Shown piece by piece: positions 1 through 12,000 of a DNA stretch of 64,000 nucleotides. Position numbers and translations under genes: made by a program. Positions within the stretch are counted from its first letter, which is position 1, and each line of letters begins with the position of its first letter. The DNA is from Yuukianura sp. NJ FZ-2021. Lineage: Eukaryota. Where the stretch lies: NCBI GenBank assembly GCA_046563655.1, contig CM102287.1:9238001-9302000 (forward strand), written 5' to 3'. The notes under the pieces are model-generated. The model did no database searches. It saw only the letters and a list, made by a program, of their open reading frames with translations, and was not told where the DNA came from.

Positions 1-909
1 AGTCCAGCAAGTGAAAGTTTGAAACGACCAGCAAAATATGGAAATTCAATTCCACTCAAAAAGAGACGTATCAAATACGAACCGGAAGAGGAACCAATGC
101 AACTCGTATCTCCAAATGGTAAGATTCCAAAAACGTTTTCAAATCGACTTTTTAAAAATGAAAAACGTTAAAAAACGACAGTTTTTGAAATTTGGATTTG
201 AAAGTTGTTGGGCTTGGACAACATCCAATTTAGAATTTATAGGAAAGACTTTAATTTTGAATGCAACCTGCATAGGTTATTGCCTTCCTCGTAAAAATGA
301 GTCATCCAGTTTTGAAAATCTTTTGTTTCAAAATTTTGAAACACCTTTTTGAACCTTTTTTGAAAAAAAAAATAGTACTTCTTCCATTGTCTTAAAAAAC
401 GAAAAGTGTTAAAATTAACGCCAAAGGTGACTAAAAAGTTGCCGGTGAGTCATAGGATTAACAAAAATGAGACAAAAAGTGTCAAGTTTTTGTAAATTTT
501 AGAAAAATGCAGTTTTGAAAAACACTTTTTTTAAATAAAAAGTAAAGTAAAGTGGCTAGAAGCAAAAAGTTTTTAGGTATGAACACCTTACCAGAAAATA
601 CAAAGGAAAATTTTTACAAAGATTTCCATTATTGAGTAAAAGCTTTTATGTATTGGTAACTTTGCGACACGGAATTTTTCTAAATCTGAAAGAAAATCTG
701 TCAAAGAAGATTTTTTTTTTGAAAAAACGAAAATTCCTCATTGCATTGTGTAAGGTGGAAGCTAAATTTTCAAAGACATTTTTTCATAAATCTTTTGTCC
801 ACTCCAACAATTGACCAGACTTTGGAGATTTAAATCTGCCGTGGCAGGTTACAAAAATTTCAAAAAATGACACAATTCCTAAACCAAACTTTTTTTTTGT
901 ATTGCGCAG

Positions 910-2056
910 GTACAATAATGGAACCGTTGGACATTTCTTCAGAACCAGAAAACTTGTCTACAAAACCACAAGATCTAAGCATCACATCCCACGGAAAAGT
1001 AAACCCACCATCACCAGCCCCACCATCACGCATTGCCTTTGACCCACCACAAATTCAAAACATCCACCGTCAAATCCATGCATTTTATCCACCAAAAGGC
1101 CCCACCGCTGGACCCCTCGAGCCAATCAACTTCAACCAACCAACTTGGTCCCACCACAGTCTCTTTACACCCTACAACCCACGGAACCACCACCAATTCT
1201 TTGCCCCACCAAATCACACCCACCATTACCCCCCAAAGAGAGAATTCATTCTGCCTCATGACTCTCCTGCGCATGACCAAATGTCACAGTACAGACCAAT
1301 CCCAATGCGTCCATCTCCACCAGCCAAACACTTTGAAATGATTCATCCCACGCAGGTCAAGACAGAGGTCATGCGTCTCTCTGAACTCGGCACAGTCACA
1401 CACAGAATCAAAGTGGAAGCGGAAGACACACTCCGATCATTGCCAGTGAGGGACTCTGTCATCAGCCACAGCAACAGTCAAGCGCAGTTCCACCCTTCAA
1501 CTACTTCGCAGTACCGTGAAACCGTGAGTCGCAGCAGTTGCGACTCGGGCGTCTCCTCCCCCTCGGGCAGTTCCTGCCACTCGTCTTCCAGCGCCGTGAG
1601 TGGGACCGTGGTGAACGGGACGGTGCGCTACCAGTGTCCGAACTGCTCCAAGTCCTACTCGACGGTGTCTGGGCTGTCGAAGCATGTGCAGTTCCACTGT
1701 TCCGTCGCTGTGAAGAAGTCGTTCGTGTGCAAGGACTGTGACAAAGTGTACGTGTCCCTGGGAGCCCTTAAGATGCACATTCGGACTCACACTCTGCCCT
1801 GCAAGTGCACAGTGTGTGGCAAGGCCTTTTCCCGCCCCTGGCTCCTCCAAGGGCACTTAAGGACCCACACGGGGAGAAGCCCTTTGCCTGTTCCCATTGC
1901 CACAGGGCCTTCGCAGACAGATCCAATCTAAGGGCCCACCTCCAGACCCACTCTGATGTTAAAAAGTACTCGTGCAGTCGCTGTGCAAAAACTTTCTCCA
2001 GAATGTCTCTCCTCACCAAACACGAAGAAAGCGGATGCGCCACGGGGTCAATTTGA
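910..2056 (+). CDS. Snail-family (snail/escargot/worniu-type) C2H2 transcriptional repressor, main exon; 1-nt frameshift at ~1871-1874
   Basis: Five Snail-type fingers ([102 protein letters not shown]) split over ORFs 867-1931 and 1805-2056. PxDLS-like CtBP motifs lie near the start. A polypyrimidine tract + CAG acceptor ends at 909; first in-frame ATG after it is 918. No SNAG-encoding exon was found in 1-909. Exact paralog not assignable by eye. Confidence 0.95.
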
Positions 2057-2302
2057 ACCACTTTAAACTAAAAATCTCCTGCGAAATCCCGTTTTAAGTT
2101 ATTGTACTGTTTAAAATTTATATATTTCTTTAAAAAATTTAAATTTTTCAATTTATTTATTACGTTTAGATATAATATAAATACAACCGCATTATATTTT
2201 CTGACCTTCAGCCGTTAGTAGTTGTAAGCCTGCCCAATGTACAAATTTCGTGTTTCTAATTGTATCATATACTGTGGATTTTGCTGTTTCGGATGTGACG
2301 AC

Positions 2303-2308
2303 AATAAA
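2303..2308 (+). terminator. candidate polyadenylation signal of the Snail-family gene
   Basis: AATAAA ~250 nt after the stop, downstream of an AU-rich tract (ATTTATTTAT at 2151). Confidence 0.45.
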
Positions 2309-2955
2309 ATCTTGTATCAAAATATAATTCTTGAAACAAAATCTTTTAAGAAAAAAATCAAAAATTTTCTTTTCATTTTAGAGTCATTTCAGATTAAGTC
2401 AAAAAATTTCGTTTTTGTTCCATAAACATGCGTTTTTTAAGGAAAAATTCACGAAAAAATTGACTCATACTAAAAAAACGACAGATGAAGCTTGTACTAC
2501 AAAGTTTTGCGTTGACCCTTGACCTCTGGCGGCAGGATTTGAGTGATTAGATAGCGGTGTGCACTAATTAAGTACACCATTGCAGGGCAGGTGCTGGTGG
2601 TTGCCAATAACCCAAAGAACAAACAACGTACGTTACAATGTGTGCTTAATCTCAAGTGGACCACTTATCACACAAAACAAACATATGACATACACCATAT
2701 CCAGGCTATTACTACTCGCACGATATTTTTCCGCCGTTAATTCGAAAATGTCGCCGTGAAACTTTGTGAGGACTGACCTTTCCTCTGATTTTCCGATTTG
2801 ATCTTTCATGACGCATCAAAACGGGATCGTATAGATCATGCTGATTGGATTTAAATTAATTGAGCCTTTGTTCATTTGGCGGCTTTGGTTCATTGGGAAA
2901 TCACGATTCACGACAAGAAAGGAATAAAGTACTGATGACATCTTAGGAGAAATCC

Positions 2956-3006
2956 ATATTCCACATTCCATAATCCACAAGTTGTGGATTATGGAATGTG
3001 GAATAT
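2956..3006. repeat. perfect inverted repeat, 25-bp arms, 1-nt spacer
   Basis: ATATTCCACATTCCATAATCCACAA-G-TTGTGGATTATGGAATGTGGAATAT. Confidence 0.95.
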
Positions 3007-6000
3007 TATGGACAATTCCCTCGTTCCATTTTAATTTTGGTGTCCTGGAATGCCACATAATATTTGAATCTTAAGCTCTCCTGTTTTTGGCGCCCATTGG
3101 AAAGATAGTTTGAGTGCGTCCATTAACAGTTGATGTGTCTGGGTTTGTTGTTATGCTTTATGAGAACGTAACGTTAGTATTTGTTATTGTTTATGTTTAG
3201 GTTTTGATTAATCGATTAACGTATTCCGTTGAGTTAACGGGTTTAGAACAAATTGGTATGTAGTAGTGTGCTCTACTTTTACCACCTACTGGGTAAGATA
3301 AAGTTAGGCTAGAAATAGATTTAACCCGAGAGAGCAGGAGGGTGTAGAAATAAATTGATTGAAATGATCTTTCGATTACTTTTGTTTGTTTGCGAGTAAA
3401 GTGGGCCAGGAGTTGATTAACAATTGAGATGTTTCTTTTGTTTCAATTGTCAAATGGAGAAGAGTAGCTGACACGCTGACCCCGCCCATACCTTACCTTC
3501 TTCATTAAACTCTTGTTTATCAATTGAGCAGATCGGAACATTAGCAAATCCCAGGCTTAAGAAAATTCGCATCAACTAAACAATGGATTTTCAATTTTCA
3601 TTTGTTCTCTATGTTATTGTCTACGATTCGTTTTTTACTCTTTATATCTGATCTAAAATTTGACCTGGCATGACCTTCTGTGTCCAGTATAGCTGAAGTA
3701 AATGTAGTGCCAAAACATATCACAGACAATACAGTAACGTAGTTTTACGTTTTGGGATCTCCAGGAGCGCATACTTAACTTGAGTCATCGGAGTTATCAC
3801 TGGTCACCAATTTCGGTTCACTTGTACTAAAAAGCTGATTAAGGTTAATCTAGTTAGGCTAAAAGTTTGAAGTGGAATTTGTTCCTGCTGACATGATGAC
3901 TATGTTAGGAAACTCTGTACTTGTCATACTTTGTTTTTAGTTCATCTGCACTGGAGGATGAATGATACAAAACAGGTGGAATCCTTATGTAGTGGACTGA
4001 CTGACACACACTTATCATGTCATCAATCATTTTCAAGTGATTTGTATTTTACAAGCAATCCAGTACATACACCAATGTCAAAAACAGGTGGAATTTTGCT
4101 AACTTAAATTCAAGAGACAAGTATAAAATTCTCGAAATTTCGAAAACGAAATGCGAGTTCTAAATTCCGATTGTTTTTTGACTGCTATTTGGTCACTTGG
4201 GCAATCCAGGGCTGACTAAAACTGAGATAACTCAGACGTGACAAAATTGACGCCATTCTGGATCTGGACTATGCATCGTTTAGGTTAGGCTTATGTTGTA
4301 GACTATGTTAAGCTATGTTTCTGAATGTAATTGGTTTGGTGACCTCCTGCTCTGGTTGTTTGACCTTACTAAATGGAGATTCAATCCTGAGGAGATCCAC
4401 TTTCCAAGATGAATACAGAATAGGAGTTCCGGAATTGAGAAAATAAGAATCAAAGAGAGATCGATGCCTGCTTGGTCCAAGTCCATTGTCTCTGCATTTC
4501 GTGCGATATGCAGAGCAGAGGTCACGTTGCACGATTTCACCATCCGAAGTAGTTGTCGGTCAACTCTCTCATCATCAAAGATGCTGTTACAGTTCAATTG
4601 GAGATCAAAACGATATGGCTCTTCGACATTTCAAATCTCATCATCATTCCTCCTCACACCAGTCACATCAATTTTGAACCAATCAGTCACTCACAGACGA
4701 AACACCAAATCTCGTCTCTTGCCAAATATGTAAACAGAACATTCAAATTCAAAGAGAAACTCGTCGAAAAGATTTGAGATTTGAGTTTTGCTTTTTAAAA
4801 CTTGTCTTCTCTCTATTTGGATTGTAGATCACTACTCAACTTTGCTTGAATCATAATTTTGGTCCAATCTGCATCTTGCACTGCGGCGGCGGAAATTTTA
4901 AAACTCGTTTTTTATCCAAAAATCGTCCGAGCTACTCCTGCTGAACTTTTCATTTTCATTTTTGGTGTTGTGCAATTTGATGAACAAAAAATCGTTTTCC
5001 ATAAATGCATCTCTGGTGATAGCTTATTTCGACAACTTTTTCTTTCTGGTTGCGTGTAGAAGTGATACTCAAGCGTTGCTTGACGGCGGGAAATGAGTTG
5101 AGTTGTGTTTTGATTGATTTGACCTTTGACCTTTTCCTTTCTGAGAATCACTTCCACATTCCTCTCGTGTCGTTTCAAGTGGAGTGTGTCTCTGGGCTTC
5201 AATTTACTTAAGGCTACATCTACAAAAGTCAATTTTCAACCTGTAAAGAGTCAAGTGCCTCGTGTCTCTACTGATGTAAAAACGAAAGTTTATATGTTAT
5301 GCTAAAGTTATGATGTTTTGCGTCCTTGGTATTATGCAAGACGTAGAGTTGAAGGGGTCGGAGCCCTTTGGAACAACGAAGGGCTCCAGAAGACAATGCA
5401 ATTTGAAACAAGAATTTTTAGACGCATGCAGTTCACCTGTTTTACGATGACTGACATTTGACCTCTGCAGTTGAAAATGCAAATTCGTTCTAAGTTTTCT
5501 GCTAAAAATTTGTAAAGACTAAATGTGTAAAATGTAAAAAGGTTTTTTTTTTGCTTGAAAATCTGGAAATTTTGATAAATTGTTTATATTTCAATAAACG
5601 TGTATTTTTTTGGTGAGTGAGAGAAACGCATTCCGGAATTCTTTCCTGAAACGCACTTTTTGCTTAAAAGTTTTGCTTGTTTAACCACTTTTGAAAACCG
5701 ATTTTGAAAACCTCAAATCATTCCAATTGATGTGAACAAATTGAAAGTGGATGACAGAAAGTAAAAGTGTCAAACAATTCAACGAATAGAAAAAGCTATA
5801 CTCGCTTTCAAATAAACTGTCATTTTTTTTTCTAAAATTTTGTACTAAAAATTGAAGTTTCTAAAAAAAATCGGTTTTTATTTTTTGACAGTTCAATTCA
5901 CACTGGAAATCGAAAGTCTCACCAGTTTTTTAGCATACTGTCTATTATCATGCATTGTAAAAAATTGTTTTCTCAATGAAATGTATTTTATACACATCAT

Positions 6001-9000
6001 GATTTTCCAATTCCCAAACACTCCAAAAATTTTTTTTGAAATTTCGACAAATTTTTTCAATTCAATTTTTCATTTCAATACCAGACCAATGAAGATGTTC
6101 AAACTGCAAAATCAGAATGTGTTCTAAATGGTACCATTTTGCTTTAAATTTTAGAAACCGGCGTCCACATCTTTCACTAAATCAGTTCAGTTATTTGTCA
6201 AGGTCAAAGGTCAAACTGAAAAACTCATTTCTTCAATTCACAAATGCATGCACTACATTGCATCACCTTATAAACTGCGAAGTCACTCCATCTGAAGTGC
6301 AAGAAATGGTTCACTTGATGTCATTTTCAGTTATAATGAATTGAAACGTTCAATTTTTTTCCGCGTTTTCATACAGGTTTTTTAAGGCGAAGAAATTTCA
6401 TCAATCAATCTCTCAAAAAACAACTTTTTGTACCGCATTTTTTTTGTGAAGCTTTTTCCTTTGTTGGCAAACAAAAGCTTAGAAGAAACTGTTTTGATGG
6501 ATGATGGCATGTGGCTTAACGTAGATTAATCAATTAACGGCACAAACAAGCAGAACAACAATGACCGCCTACAACAACTTTTGTTTGTGTATTTGCAACA
6601 ATGCAATGCTTAACTGACACAGGAATTGGACTTCGTACGCCTCCTTAAAAAGCCAATTGTTACGCAGACTATAAAGATGTCAAAAGTTGACAAAAATCAA
6701 AAAATCCCGCCCCCTGATTTCAATTTAGCGTCACGTCAATTCAAAACTCCGCGCTACAAATCACGTAGGACGGCCTGAGCATCACTTTTTTTGAGATTTC
6801 TAAAGTAACTTTCAGATTCTGAATTTTGATGACGTTTTTGACCTGTTGCGTTTTTGGAATTTTGAATTTTGGTGGTTTTGTTTGTAACCTCATGAATCAT
6901 TCAGATATTGGCAGACGATCTCTCCTGTTTCTCTTCCACTTTTGTATGACTTTGCAATGGAAATTTTTAAAAGTACTGGAAGTGACGCCATCAAGTTATA
7001 CGAAAGTTGCGCATTTGGATATTTAAAATTTAAAACTACTTTTTTCTTAAAGTTTGACATTTGGGAGACTGTTGTGTTGTTTTTGGAAACAGTTGGGAGA
7101 TACAAAGTGTTCATCCTGCGGCAGCAGGAAACCAGGAGCACTTGGAGCAAGGTGCCTCGAGTCACTTCCCTTGTCCAGCAACAGGTTGCAGAGCACTGGC
7201 CACAACAATGCCCAAGGCCACCAATCACACTTCCTCCACACGACCAAGGCCCTTAAGGGCCCAAGGACCCTTGGATCCAGATGCCAAACGGACAGAGTCA
7301 ATTTAAAGTCGGTTGAAGCAGAAGCCCAATGATCAACCACTTAACTACACCACAACTGGAGCGAGCCGAAAGAAAACAAAAACCTGATTTTTTATGTTAG
7401 TAATTTGTAATGAAAAATTTTTCATTTTCTTGCGGTTTTTGGTTTTAAATTTTTGTGTCATTGTGCATAGACTATTTTCTTTTGGATGTTTTGAATTGTG
7501 GTGGAAGTGTCCCGTTTGAGGGTCACCCAACGGAATAATTCCTCATTCATTTCTACATCTTCAGTTTCGGATTTCCTCAGCCAAAGTGACACTCGGGCGA
7601 CACAATGCTACTCGCAACTTCGAAATTTCATTTTTGTTTGGTCAATGTAAAAACTGTTGAGGAATTGAAATTTGATGAAATGGGCGGAAAGGGAGAAACC
7701 GCAAGTGGGCGGAGAAAGTTCGGAATTGAAGACGCAACTTCATTCACGAGAGAAAAGCAAATGAAACGGAAGAGTGACCAGCAGAAGGCGGGAATCGGGC
7801 ATCTTTGATGCAAAATTCAAACAAAGTGAAGCGTTTGTTGGAGGGAATTCTGTGTGTGTTGCATCGTTTGATGTGATTTTGGAATGAATCGGAGTGTTGT
7901 GACTTGGCGGATCGTTTGGAGTGTGGTGGGGCAAGGGTGGGTGGGGCTTTGTGTCAGAGTGAGAAGTGTAATGAGGTTCGGTGGGACTTTGATTGATGTT
8001 GACTGGACATAGTGAGAGGTCAAATGCTTGTGGCTGTTGTGATTGGTGGATTCTGCAGTGTGTTTGGAGTGTTGTTTACTTCTGCGCAGGAAGTGTTTGA
8101 GCAGTTGGTTCCAGATGTGTATACTTTTGTGTGTTGGATTCTGAGTGTTTGGTTCCACAAACAATCAGAAGTAGAAGCCACTTCCTTCTAAATTCAAACC
8201 TACTTTCTCCACACGTGCTTCCGCCCTTGCGCTTCTGTCTCCGCAGCCACGCCCTCTTTTCTCAAAATCTTTGCAGCAAATTGCAGCAGCAGGGGTCCTT
8301 TTCAAGTGTCAGCTTTAAACGTTATTCCTGAACTTTCGAAATTGAATTTCTGACGGTTCTTGTAAAAATTGAATAATTCATCACTCTTTTTTCCTTGTTT
8401 TTATGAAAATGCAGTTTTGTGGTAGTATTTGCCTAATTTGGAATTTGACTGATTGATGTTGAAAAACATTGTTTTTGTTTTTAGTTTTCAGTATTTGCAC
8501 GCACATGCGAATCATCCTCCGCCTACGCCAAGAATTTGAAAGTCCATTTGTCACCTTCTGAGCCTCTTTGCAGCAACTTGTCTCTGCTTCTCACTTGTTG
8601 CTGATTACAAGTGACCATGTTTGGACAGAAAGCTGCGAGGTCACGCGGTCACTGGGACACGCAGCTCCAGAACTACACAACAGTTACGCAAAATCCAAAA
8701 AATTATGCTGATTTTTTACATCAAAGTTTTTCACATCACCATACAAATTGGCAGATTTCGAGAAAAAAAACTTTGAAAAAAAAGGAGAAAGCATGGAAAA
8801 ACAATCACTTTTGAAATAAAGTTTTCGAAATAATGAGACTTTGAAATGATTATGGTTTTGAACTTTATGAGCTAGGCAGTTACACGTTACTGTTTGTCGG
8901 TTGAAGGGGTTAGGTTAATTTGTGTTCATTTGAGAGTGGAGTGTGTGACCTTATGGCAAGCACCCTTGAAGGGCCCTGCTCCTCCAAGGGCCCTCTGCTC

Positions 9001-12000
9001 CGGAAGTGACAAATCATCTCCTGAGCATCTCTGTGTCTTACTCCCTCTCAAATTGAGCCTCGCAATTTATAGGTTGTTTCTGCAGTGGATGAGTGAGTTG
9101 GTGGGGCTGGTGGGTGCCATGTGGTGGGGCAGAGGGTGATTTCTGATTGGCTACGGGAGTAGTTGGTGGGAATGGAAGGTGGTTAGGCCATTAAGCTTAG
9201 CCTAACGATTAGGTTGAGGAAGTGGGGAGTGGAATTGGGCGTAGATCCGATGAGCTTTTAATTAATTTGCAGACATAGTTCATTAGAACCCACTCGGACA
9301 CTCTCTGGGGAAATTCAATCCAGCGACAAATGGAGTCTCATGCTTCGTCATTTGTTAAAAAAAGTGTTTGAATTATTCAGCATCCCGTGACACGCCCATT
9401 AAGCATCTGAGAACAATGTTTTCTAAAAAAATGTTCTGAGGACTCTAGAAAAGTAGCGTGGGAGGTTTGTCACTGCTGCGTTGTTGGAGACATTGAATTG
9501 TGAAATTGGGTCAAGCGAAGGCTAAAGTGGGTCAATGTACCCTTCAATTTGAAATGGAGTACACTTGTTTAAGGGTCCAGGATGAGTTAAGGACCAATAT
9601 TTGATCTTCCAGGAAACGATGACCTGGATTTCATTATGCTTCGAAAGAAAAAGAGTGAAAAAGTTTACTTTCTTTTCATTCTCAAACCGAAGTTTTTCTC
9701 AGAATTTGAGCTCTGAATAAGAATACCACACCACAATGTTGATTTTTTTAGTTTTGTAAATAAAAAAAAATAGAAAATAAAAAAAATTTGAATTTGATCA
9801 TTTCATTTCTCATTTTGAAAAATTTTCAAAAGCCAACAAAATTCCAATCGTCACATGGAAATAGCGATAGAACCTAGTTAGTACGATTTAATTTTATAAC
9901 GAAAGTTGTAGAAAAGTAAGAAGGTTGGAGGCGATACAAAAAATAGAGACAATTTTTTGTTCAGTTCAGATCTTTTTTTTTAAATTGACCCTTGAAGGGA
10001 TCAGTTTCGCACTGGAGCCCTTAAAGTAAGAGCCTTAGTCTAACTTTAATGTGAGGTCACAGGTCAACTCACTCCCAATTCCCATGAAACCCATCCATTG
10101 ACAAACAGAAATGAATCACAAGTCCCCTTTTACTTTAAAATATCGAGCCCTTAAAGGGCTTCACTTTTACCTGTTCCTCTTTGGAACAATTTTTTTCTTC
10201 AATTCTTCCATTTTAGCTCAGGTTTTAAAGGATCAATTTAAGGTTAAGGTATTCTAGACGCTGATTAACTGCAAAGCAACAACCGTGAGGTAAAATTCTC
10301 ACACCTCTTAACCTGACATGAATCAAAAACTTGACGAATCAACCTTATTCTCAGTTTTTTGTTCAAATAATTCAAAGTTCAAACAAGACTTAAAAAAACT
10401 TCAAGTCAATTCACTTGGTTTGTTTGAAGCCAAATTACTACAAACAGCATTTTGGAAAAGGCTTTCAATCTTTTTTAAAACATAAGATCAGGTTTTTTCG
10501 GATTTTGATTGAGAATGTTCTGTGAAGCGTAAACGGTGGAGTAGTTTTTCTTTTCTTGAAGAGAGAGATGCCCTTTCGTTTTCATTGTAAAACTGCAGGG
10601 TCTCAAGGGCCCTTGGAATCTGAGTCCCCCTGTCCAGGCACTTTTGGATCCATTGTCTTCCTGCAACCTTAGCCACTGGGATTCAGTTTGTGAATGGAAT
10701 AGGAGCCACAGGTGAGGAGGAATCGGTGGGATGGAATTAATTCTGCAGAGTGGGACCCTTAAGGGCCCTGCATCTCCCAGTCAAGGCTCCTCTTCCTCTG
10801 CATTTCGAAATCCGCTTCCTAATGAGATGGGGATTTTTAAGTCTCACACTTTCAAAGGCTCAAATTCAGAACCTGCCGCAACATTCGAAAAAAGTGGAGC
10901 AAGTTTTTGAAAGGGAGCAAAAAATGGAGTGAATAAGGAACGGAAATTTTAAATTATGCAATGCAAGTCTTTAGAAATTCAAACAGATCACGACACAGTT
11001 GCGTCACACGGAGCTTGGGAAACTTTCTTCCGTTGAATTTTTAATTTTGAAAACTGGACCACTTTTCTAAAAATCCAGAAAGTGGCATTTTTAGCAAGGA
11101 GTGACTGGTGCAACAAAGTTAAAGTTCACATACGTATACGACACTCTTTTCCACGAATGATCTGATGTTTAGCGTCTTGAGAAGTCGAGTGTTTTCGTGA
11201 ATGGATTTTCGAGCGGCTGTTAGCTGCTTAATGAATGATTTTTAAAACGCGGTTTTGGATTTCAAAAATTCATTTTCCAGTGGGCATTTTTTAGGGTTTG
11301 AAAAAGTTTAAAAAGTTGTGGACTTTTATGGATGTTGGTGTCATTTTTGATACATCGATTCTCTTTTTAAGAAGATTCTTCGGAGGCTGTGACACACATG
11401 GTCACACAATTCCAAAACAAGTGCCAAATGTCAAAGGTCACATGTTGAAGTCGGAGCTTATGCAAGCAAAATTGGGAAACTGAAGTGGTTCTTCACTCTG
11501 TCCATATATATAAATTATTAATTTTTGTAAACGGCGTCAAAATTTGTTTAATTTTTGGATATTTTGTCGGTTGGTTTTTTGAAAATGACTCCCTTTGCCG
11601 CCTGATTTTGAGTGGGAAGTTGAGTGGAGTGAAAGTTAGAGGAAGCGGAGTGTGTTGTGCAGGTGAGTTCTTGGAGGCACGCAACCATGACAGCCACGGA
11701 CCCTTAAGGGCCTCTGCTGCTGCCCACTGACCCCTTAATGGAGGAAGCGGAAGTGGGGCCTTATGGGCAGCACAGGTGACTCCAGGAATTTAAAAACTCC
11801 CGCTTCCGCAAAACAGCAACTGACTCACACTCTTCAAATTAACCCACAAGAAGTTCCGAAATTCCTAAACTAATTTAAATCCAAACCTTCCTCTCCCTGC
11901 TTATTTTGTGCAACTGAATCTCCCTTTTCCTAAAATTTCAAGATCCGAAATATTTTTCAGCGGAGGAGAGTTATTCAAAATGACAAAAATAGGTGTCATC

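Noticed and set aside
867..909. ORF-track N-terminus [14 protein letters not shown] of Snail
   Set aside because: Corresponds to the branch/polypyrimidine tract and CAG acceptor of an intron.
4313..5482. Minus-strand gene from ORFs 4313-4597, 4912-5232 and 5297-5482
   Set aside because: In-frame stops upstream, no consistent splice path and no recognisable domain; a decayed gene or lncRNA cannot be excluded.
6942..7340. Overlapping short ORFs as a coding exon
   Set aside because: Open in several frames on both strands because of local GC richness; no homology recognised.
7740..9150. Minus-strand transcript with TATAAA (9066-9071), CCAAT (~9147) and His/Thr/Gln-rich ORF 7817-8164
   Set aside because: Candidate exons do not splice into an open frame and the ORF composition follows from GT-rich strand skew; a lncRNA would need RNA data.
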